From Methyloligella sp. ZOD6 (GTDB lineage Bacteria > Pseudomonadota > Alphaproteobacteria > Rhizobiales > Methyloligellaceae), in contig CP188828.1 of NCBI GenBank assembly GCA_050110875.1, positions 491,713-515,712 on the forward strand: DNA of 24,000 bases, given 5' to 3'. Below the pieces are notes generated by a model that saw only the letters and a program-made list of their open reading frames with translations, was not told the origin of the DNA and searched no databases. Position 1 is the stretch's first letter; every line of letters starts with the position of its first letter. Positions 8,446 to 14,121 of the stretch are shown here, piece by piece. A program made the position numbers and the translations under genes.

Positions 8446-9345
8446 TCAAGCCTCTATCTCTGAAAAGCGCATCAGTTCAGCCCGAGCGGAATCAAAGAGG
8501 TCAGTAAAGACTTGGCAATCTGATTGAACCTCAAGCGCAAAGCGTAGGTACACATCCATTGCGTCCAGCACTATCAACGCCACAAATGTGTATTGATGCT
8601 GATAGGTTTCACAGTCCTGCCCCCGCGGCAAAAATCTAAACGGCTCCTCTGCGTCTTCGTCTTCTTCTAGATAGTGCATGAGCAGGCTCGGCCACGTGCC
8701 ATGCACATGATGAGATCCCAGTTTTTGTCCGACGACGTAGACTAGCCGAGTGAGTCCAATGTCGTTTAGCATCGAAGCCAAGTCAGGGAGTTTCCTCGAC
8801 GAGGCAATCTCACTTTCAGTAAGGCCGCTGGCACCGATATGACGCCCGATCGATTCCAACATCCTCGTTTCAATGTCGAGTGGCTTACCACCTCGTCGAG
8901 ATATATTCGCCTGAATCTGGCTCCTAAATTCTAGCTCGGTTTTTAGACCGTCTGCGAGATACCGAATGAATTTCTCTTGGCTAGATTTTTGACATAGCCA
9001 AACGATCTTTACCGCGCTTTCAAAGATGCACCGGTCGACGATGCCAGTTGTTTCACCAAAGCGACCCTCATGGGACAATGCCACGTTCGACAGCATCAAC
9101 CGGCAACAGCGGTTTATTAGTCCAACCAGAATATAGTGCTGTCGAAGCGGGATTTCTTTGAACGCCGGAGAGTCGTTCTTTATATGGCCGACAAGCGCCG
9201 CCAATGATCCCACGAACTTGTACCATTCGAACAGGATTGGAGCGTAGTCACCGGTCTGCTCTGCGCGACTGAGTTCTTCCCTTGAAAACTTCGGCGGTGT
9301 GGGAAGCTCAATGCCATCTGGCTGAAACGCCGTCGAATTAGCCAC
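8446..9345 (-). CDS. Helical protein of unknown function, DUF5677-like (299 aa)
   Basis: A 299-aa ORF with a GTG start at 9345 (AAGG lies 8 nt upstream). There is no TM segment or signal peptide. The segments LINRCCRLMLSNVALSHEGRFGETTGIVDRCIFESAVKIVWLC and LVYVVGQKLGSHHVHGTWPSLLMHY resemble, from memory, the two conserved blocks of DUF5677. The family call has not been verified. Confidence 0.45.
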   Translation of the reverse strand: MANSTAFQPDGIELPTPPKFSREELSRAEQTGDYAPILFEWYKFVGSLAALVGHIKNDSPAFKEIPLRQHYILVGLINRCCRLMLSNVALSHEGRFGETTGIVDRCIFESAVKIVWLCQKSSQEKFIRYLADGLKTELEFRSQIQANISRRGGKPLDIETRMLESIGRHIGASGLTESEIASSRKLPDLASMLNDIGLTRLVYVVGQKLGSHHVHGTWPSLLMHYLEEDEDAEEPFRFLPRGQDCETYQHQYTFVALIVLDAMDVYLRFALEVQSDCQVFTDLFDSARAELMRFSEIEA

Positions 9346-9421
9346 CTACAAAGCCTTTCGGATCGTCCAACTTGTAGAGCTCCGCTCTCTCCAGCAACGC
9401 TTCAAAGGCTCCGGCGGCTCA

Positions 9422-9667
9422 CTATTCGATGCAGTGAGGCATGAGCACGAGTAAGGCTTGGATAGCAGCGGCCAAAGCAGCCAAGGCCGCTCCGACAGCA
9501 TTTCTTACGCCCTGCTTCCGCAACGCTGGAACAATGCAGTCAATCGTCTCGAATGTGATCTGATTCGGCGGCAACTTTACAATTGAGGCGAGAAACCAAA
9601 AGGCTGCCGCCCCGCTGGCCGATGCCGCGCTGATCCACTGTAGGGCGCTTACCATATGACAATACAT
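9422..9667 (-). CDS. Small predicted 2-TM membrane protein (about 77-81 aa)
   Basis: Two hydrophobic helices (ALQWISAASASGAAAFWFLASIV and NAVGAALAALAAAIQALLVLM) are separated by a polar loop (KLPPNQITFETIDCIVPALRKQGVR). Candidate starts are the ATGs at 9667 and 9655. The track start at 9790 (TTG) reads through a promoter-like GGCTACAATC motif and gives a Cys/Met-rich leader that looks non-coding. Confidence 0.5.
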   Translation of the reverse strand: MYCHMVSALQWISAASASGAAAFWFLASIVKLPPNQITFETIDCIVPALRKQGVRNAVGAALAALAAAIQALLVLMPHCIE

Positions 9668-9950
9668 TTGCGATTTTCCAGCTGTGGAACACACCTTCCC
9701 GCGAGTGTGGCAATCCATCAGCATGCATCCGTATCTAGCGGTGGAAATCGTCATCACACCGCAGAGGATTGTAGCCCGAGGCAAGGCCAATCGGCGTGCT
9801 GACCGACTACATCACAGTTGCAATGCAACCGTGACACTCATGCTGTTGAACTTAAATGCGAAACCTGAGCAGGATCGCATAGACCTAATTGGCTGCGACG
9901 CCTCCAGATGAAATTACCCGGAACAAACAATCGTGTGCCTCACTCGACGC

Positions 9951-11309
9951 CTAAAGGTTAGGCTGCAGTCGATCAATCACTGCGTGCGCGGTGTGAGGTA
10001 TGATCTCGGTTGCTTCGATGTTGTATTGCCACAGTGATTTCGCCAAATCTTCGGCTCCTTCCGTCGGTTCGTTTGTGCAGAACTTCCACCACCGTGCCAA
10101 CCAGTCTCGTATCGCTCTGTTCTCAGTCTTACCATCGATGATCAAGGCATCACGTACCTGGGGATAGGTTAGGCGCCCCTGCTTTGCTAAATTAAAAAGA
10201 TGGGGCTCTGTCACCTTTAGAATACAAAGGCCCGCAATAATCGGTGGTACCCTGAGTGTATTCCGCGGCGTATAAGCTAATGCTATCACCAAGTTTGACA
10301 TAATTCTCTCGATAGAACGCAGGCTCAGGTCTATATGCTCTTCTACGTGAAGTATAAGCTCTATAGAGTGATCGACAATATTTCTGTCTTCGTGCTTAAA
10401 CTCCATGCTGCTCCTCAGGTATTCTAGATACTTGGCAGGGGTTTTTTCATGCTTCAATCGTTGGCGATCCACCAGCGGCAGCGTCAGTTGAATGAACTTT
10501 TGTAGGTATGTTCGCGCATCAATATTGGGGCCATAGGCAATAACAACTGAGTTTGTCAGTTGACCAAGATGAACCCCAAGAACGAAGTGCACATTTTCTA
10601 CCGAAAAGAAATGCTTTATTCGCTCAAGTAGTTCTAACGCAAATGACGGGCGGCAGCGATCGAGTTCGTCGATTATGAAGATAAGAGGTTTCGGGGTTTG
10701 TTGCTTGTCATTGGATTTTGGACGTTCCGATAATAGCGATGGTAATTCAGAGAGGGCGTCGCGGAACCCCTGAATCGCATCCTTTTGTTGTTTCTGCTTT
10801 GTAAGCAGCTGGCCGACGTGCTTATCCGCAAGCGAACTTGCTTCTGACGCTATGTCACTCGCGATCTCTTCAAGATCTATCACCGACACCAAACCGGCTG
10901 TTGCTCCCTTAACACCCACTTTAACGCCGCTGCGCATCAATATCTTTCCTGCTTTAACCGCTGAATTGATGAACTTCCGACCTTTAGGAGTGGCTTGTTT
11001 CTTTTTATCTTGCGCTAGATTGATGATCTGGCTCGCTAGTGCGAGGAACGCATCTTCCAAGTAATCGTTTTCGAACGCATCGAAGTATACAACCGGGTAG
11101 CCGGCTTTGCGGAGTTCGCCAGCCCACATCTTCAGGAAGATGGTCTTTCCGCTGCCCCACTGCCCGTCGACACCCACGACTATCGGATCGCTTGCTGCAC
11201 TGAGCAAATGCGTTAACCCAGCTCCTATTCTCGCCCGGCCGAAAATATCCTTCTCTGCCGTGAAGCCCTCCTCGTCTCCGATCTCTATTGGTGGGGGAAA
11301 TAATCGCAT
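9951..11309 (-). CDS. KAP-family P-loop NTPase (452 aa)
   Basis: N-terminal block is DIFGRARIGAGLTHLL. Walker A is VGVDGQWGSGKTIFLKMW, followed by YFDAFENDY. The KAP-type Walker B is LIFIIDELDRCRPSFALELLERIKHFF, followed by YLQKFIQLTLPL. ATG at 11309 with GGAG 7 nt upstream is preferred over GTG at 11339. Confidence 0.85.
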   Translation of the reverse strand: MRLFPPPIEIGDEEGFTAEKDIFGRARIGAGLTHLLSAASDPIVVGVDGQWGSGKTIFLKMWAGELRKAGYPVVYFDAFENDYLEDAFLALASQIINLAQDKKKQATPKGRKFINSAVKAGKILMRSGVKVGVKGATAGLVSVIDLEEIASDIASEASSLADKHVGQLLTKQKQQKDAIQGFRDALSELPSLLSERPKSNDKQQTPKPLIFIIDELDRCRPSFALELLERIKHFFSVENVHFVLGVHLGQLTNSVVIAYGPNIDARTYLQKFIQLTLPLVDRQRLKHEKTPAKYLEYLRSSMEFKHEDRNIVDHSIELILHVEEHIDLSLRSIERIMSNLVIALAYTPRNTLRVPPIIAGLCILKVTEPHLFNLAKQGRLTYPQVRDALIIDGKTENRAIRDWLARWWKFCTNEPTEGAEDLAKSLWQYNIEATEIIPHTAHAVIDRLQPNL

Positions 11310-11891
11310 TTGCAGGCTCCGAACTTTTCGAATGAACACCTGATTGTAGCCTTGGTCGTTGCAACCTCATAGCCACATCCGACGGCGTGGGGATTCCGTT
11401 CGGGCGTCATCATCTCGCTATTGCGTCGGGTGTGGCCAGCGATTCGCGTCCGCATTCCTGCCAGCACCTCCAGGCCTTATCCCCCATTCCCAAAACCTGC
11501 AGTATCCTGTCCTCACCTCGTCCTGTTAAGGGGCGTTGTCGCGAAGGCGTTCGTGATGCGGGACGGGGTGCGGCGCCTGCGGGCGTGCCTTGACGCGAGG
11601 CGCGCACCCGGGCGGCGGCGGGGTTCCCCCCGGGGCCATTACGAGCCCCTGCCAAGAAGCACAGGTTCAAGTGCTGGCGTGTAGAGACCGGAGACCGTCC
11701 GGGATCGAAGCGGGGCCCGCCGCCGAATAGACGCTGCACGTGGCGCGCCGAGAGGCGCCCGCCGCGCATCTTCGGATACGCGGAGCCAAAAGGTTTGCGC
11801 TTCCCGGCGCGCCACTCCCCCTAAACCTCGCGGGCTCTGCCCGGCGAGAGGGTTTGCGCGTGGCCGCTCGGTCGCGTGCGTTCGCCCGGTC

Positions 11892-12029
11892 GTCATCCTG
11901 AGGGACTTAATCCGGGATGCCCGGCCGTCCTTCGAGGCTTAGCGCGTCATGCTGAGAGCCTGTCCCGGACTTGATCCGGGATGCCCGCGAAGCGGGCCTC
12001 GAAGCACGCGCTAAGCACCTCAGGATGAC
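11892..12029. repeat. 138-bp REP-like element of the GTCATCCTGAGG family (two tandem half-units, inverted termini)
   Basis: GTCATCCTGAGG (11892-11903) pairs with CCTCAGGATGAC (12018-12029). An internal direct repeat gacttRatccgggatgccc occurs twice. There is an internal variant GTCATGCTGAGAG at about 11946. Confidence 0.75.
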
Positions 12030-12062
12030 GGCCTTCTGTCACCCAAACCTGAAAGGAGAGAC

Positions 12063-12359
12063 GTGACGCGAAAGCACGGACGGGAGACGCAACGGGATCA
12101 AGAGCGAGACATGGAGCGTGCGTTGCGCTTCGGCGCGGACCGGCTCTGCCTCTGGTCTCTCTGCGGTTCGACCGCCTGCCGGCGCGCGCGGGCCTGCCGG
12201 GGCGATGTGCAGGCGTGCTCGGGGCGCATCGTCGCCTGGCTTCAGGCGATCGAGCAGGAGCGGCTGGCCCGGCCCGATCTCGAAGCCATCGAGACGCTCG
12301 TCCGGACGCCGCAAGACCTCCGCGCTTACCGCGCCTGGCGCCGGGCCTTGGGGGCGTGA
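12063..12359 (+). CDS. Small Cys-rich hypothetical protein (98 aa)
   Basis: GTG at 12063 follows gaAAGGAGAGac. The ORF has high GC3 and host-like codons (atc, gag, ctc, gcc). It contains CLWSLCGSTACRRARACRGDVQAC. It sits between two REP elements. An alternative ATG start is at 12111. Confidence 0.4.
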   Translation: MTRKHGRETQRDQERDMERALRFGADRLCLWSLCGSTACRRARACRGDVQACSGRIVAWLQAIEQERLARPDLEAIETLVRTPQDLRAYRAWRRALGA

Positions 12360-12385
12360 GGATGCGGGCATGCCCTGGCCTGCAC

Positions 12386-12514
12386 CCTTCGAGACGGGCC
12401 TTCGGCCCCCTCAGGGTGAGGAGATGCGTGGGTAGGCGTCTCGGGCGACCGTGCCGCAGCTTCAACCCTCATGGTGAGGGCGCGCCTAAAGGGCGCGCGT
12501 CTCGAACCATGAGG
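12386..12514. repeat. REP-like elements (related to the GTCATCCTGAGG family)
   Basis: cccttcgagacgggccttcggcccCCTCAGGGTGAGG, plus the inverted repeat CCTCATGGTgagggcgcgcctaaagggcgcgcgtctcgaACCATGAGG (12467-12514), with an internal GGGCGCGCC/GGGCGCGC palindrome. Confidence 0.55.
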
Positions 12515-12537
12515 TCCCAATCGTTGAGGACAGCGCC

Positions 12538-12972
12538 CTACCCGCGCTCGGCGATCCAGACGCCTTTGCATTTGCCGGACGGGCCGACGCCGTGCCACTT
12601 GCCTTGGGCGTGGCTACGCCCGAAGCGGCCGGTTCCCCAGGCGGTGCGCGGGCCGGCGATGCCCTTGATGTTCACCCGGCCCGCCGGCCCCACATGGCCG
12701 CCGAGATGGATCTTGTGGAACACGAAGCGGCCCTTGGTGGCGGAGATCTCGCCGCCGGTCACGGCGACGCCGATCTTGATCTTCCCGCAATGGCCGTTGG
12801 TGGTCTGGAGCAGCATGTCCCACTTGCCGTCGAAGCGGCTGGCATGGGCCGGGGGCATGGCGAGCAGGGCAACCGATGCGACGGCAAGCGCGAAGACGGA
12901 GAGACGGGTGACAGTCTTACGAGGGGCAGTCTTGCGAGGGGCAGTCTTGCGAGGGGCAGTCTCGGGCGTCAT
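12538..12972 (-). CDS. Secreted protein of unknown function (144 aa from the ATG at 12972)
   Basis: The leader MTPETAPRKTAPRKTAPRKTVTRLSVFALAVASVALLAMPPAHA is a basic n-region, a hydrophobic core and an AHA-type cleavage site. The mature part is Gly/Lys-rich with two Cys residues (HCGKIK..., SGKCKG). An alternative ATG is at 12984. Confidence 0.6.
   Translation of the reverse strand: MTPETAPRKTAPRKTAPRKTVTRLSVFALAVASVALLAMPPAHASRFDGKWDMLLQTTNGHCGKIKIGVAVTGGEISATKGRFVFHKIHLGGHVGPAGRVNIKGIAGPRTAWGTGRFGRSHAQGKWHGVGPSGKCKGVWIAERG
12911..12970. repeat. 15-bp tandem repeat, about 3.5 copies (gcagtcttgcgaggg)
   Basis: Units are acagtcttacgaggg / gcagtcttgcgaggg / gcagtcttgcgaggg / gcagtctcgggcgtc. 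On the minus strand they encode (TAPRK)x3 in the signal-peptide n-region of the 12538-12972 CDS. Confidence 0.9.
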
Positions 12973-13094
12973 GGCGATCCCCATGATGAGTTGCGTAAGA
13001 GAGGGTGCGAAGACCGCGCCTGCGCGCCTGTCTCGCGGGAGACATTTAAGCCTACAACTCAAAATGTTGCGCCCGTTTTGTTACCAAATGACTA

Positions 13095-13141
13095 CAAAAG
13101 ACGGCGGCCGGGCTTCCGCCGCGTCTCGAGCCCGGCCGTCC
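13095..13141 (-). terminator. Candidate rho-independent terminator downstream of the 27-aa peptide gene
   Basis: Minus strand reads GGACGGCCGGGCTcgagacgcggcggAAGCCCGGCCgCCGTCTTTTG. There is a 9-bp GC stem GGCCGGGCT/AGCCCGGCC, extendable with a bulge to GAC/GTC, then TTTT. Confidence 0.5.
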
Positions 13142-13177
13142 TCCTGGATCGGAAAGCGGGCGTGTCCGATTGCGGCT

Positions 13178-13261
13178 TCAGACAGCGGCGGCTTGTGCGC
13201 TGGTGACGATAATGACGATGCCCAGCAGGCCGAGACCGCCCAGCACGAAGGCTTTCACCAT
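13178..13261 (-). CDS. 27-aa hydrophobic small membrane peptide
   Basis: Not in the ORF track because it is too short. Minus strand reads AGGAGAAGAACC-ATG GTG AAA GCC TTC..., giving MVKAFVLGGLGLLGIVIIVTSAQAAAV*. It has a strong RBS and a single TM-length hydrophobic core. A terminator-like hairpin lies about 40 nt downstream. Confidence 0.45.
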   Translation of the reverse strand: MVKAFVLGGLGLLGIVIIVTSAQAAAV

Positions 13262-13494
13262 GGTTCTTCTCCTCTTTGCCTCTCCCCTCTGAAACGCCTT
13301 ACCGGAAGGGTTGGTTGCGCAGGCGTTTTCGACAACTTGTCTAAATTTCAGAGAGGTCTGGGGGATTCGCCGAAGAAGGCTACGCAGCCGCTTGAGGATG
13401 AGGCGTCAAATACGGATGCTGACTCTGCTATCATGGGGCACGTCAGACGGCGGCAACGCCGGTTTGCAGAAAGATCACACCGGGAGGAAACAGA

Positions 13495-14094
13495 ATGGCC
13501 GGACCGACTTTGCGATATCTGCTTGCGCTGCCCGACAGCCCTGCCCCCATCTCGGAGAGCGTACTTGTGCTGATCGACTGCCAGCAGACTTATCGCGAAG
13601 GGATCATGCGGCTTGAGGGTGTTGAGCCGGCGCTGCATGAGGCTGCGGCGCTGCTGAAGCGCTTCCGCGCGGAAGGCCGGCCGGTGATCCACATCATGCA
13701 CGATGCCGGCCCGGATTCGCCCTTCGACGTCAACGCGCCGATCGGACAGATCGCCAAGGAAGTGGCACCCATCGAGGGCGAGACGGTGATCGTGAAAAAC
13801 CTGCCGAGCTCGTTCGAGGGCACGACGCTGGACGATGAGCTGAAGCGGCTCGGCGCGAAGAACGTCGTCTATGTCGGTTTCATGACGCATATGTGCGTGA
13901 ACTCCACCGCGCGCGCCTCCTTCAATCACGGCTTTGCGACGACGGTTGTCGCGAGCGCCACGGCCACGCGGGATTTGCCTGAGGGCTGGTCCGGGAAGGT
14001 CGTGCCGGCGGCGGAGATGCAGGAGGCGAGCCTTTCGGCGCTGGCCGATCTTTTTGCGGTCGTGGTTCCGGATTCAAGCGCGCTGAAGGACTGA
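13495..14094 (+). CDS. Isochorismatase-family cysteine hydrolase
   Basis: Contains VLVLIDCQQTY, then RPVIHIMH, IVKNLPSSFEGTTLDDELKRLGAKNVVYVGFMTHMCVNSTARASFNHGF and VVASAT. The catalytic D, K and C context is typical of the isochorismatase fold. RBS ggGAGGaaacaga precedes the ATG. Confidence 0.85.
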   Translation: MAGPTLRYLLALPDSPAPISESVLVLIDCQQTYREGIMRLEGVEPALHEAAALLKRFRAEGRPVIHIMHDAGPDSPFDVNAPIGQIAKEVAPIEGETVIVKNLPSSFEGTTLDDELKRLGAKNVVYVGFMTHMCVNSTARASFNHGFATTVVASATATRDLPEGWSGKVVPAAEMQEASLSALADLFAVVVPDSSALKD

Positions 14095-14121
14095 GGCCGG
14101 CGGCCCGCGATCAATGGCTCG

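Larger units (their letters stand above)
8439..11379. other. Low-GC genomic islet (three minus-strand genes, no recombinase)
   Basis: Composition changes abruptly 1 nt after the uvrA stop. Spot-counted lines: 10201-10260 is 30/60 GC, 10561-10620 is 23/60 GC, against 45/60 for the uvrA line 7021-7080. High GC returns near 11380. A possible imperfect ~20-bp direct repeat sits at both edges (8439-8458, 11360-11379). Confidence 0.6.

Noticed and set aside
9684-9911. 75-aa plus-strand ORF inside the islet
   Set aside because: It overlaps the 5' part of the minus-strand 2-TM ORF and the intergenic region. It has no RBS and no recognisable features.
11321-11337. GAAC-N9-GAAC direct repeat between the -10-like motif and the RBS of the KAP NTPase gene (possible LexA box, given the uvrA neighbourhood)
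   Set aside because: The alphaproteobacterial LexA box has N7 spacing and this has N9. It is kept only as a possible operator for an unknown regulator, and contains a TTCGAA palindrome.
8380-11900. A tRNA or integrase at the islet boundaries, as expected for a classical genomic island
   Set aside because: I found no cloverleaf-compatible sequence by eye, and no ORF with tyrosine or serine recombinase or DDE motifs. The islet therefore cannot be called a classical mobile element.
12215-13573. 452-aa plus-strand ORF
   Set aside because: It spans REP elements, the antisense of the secreted-protein gene, a terminator and an intergenic region. Its internal 'VLRGA' repeat is only the antisense reading of the 15-bp tandem repeat.
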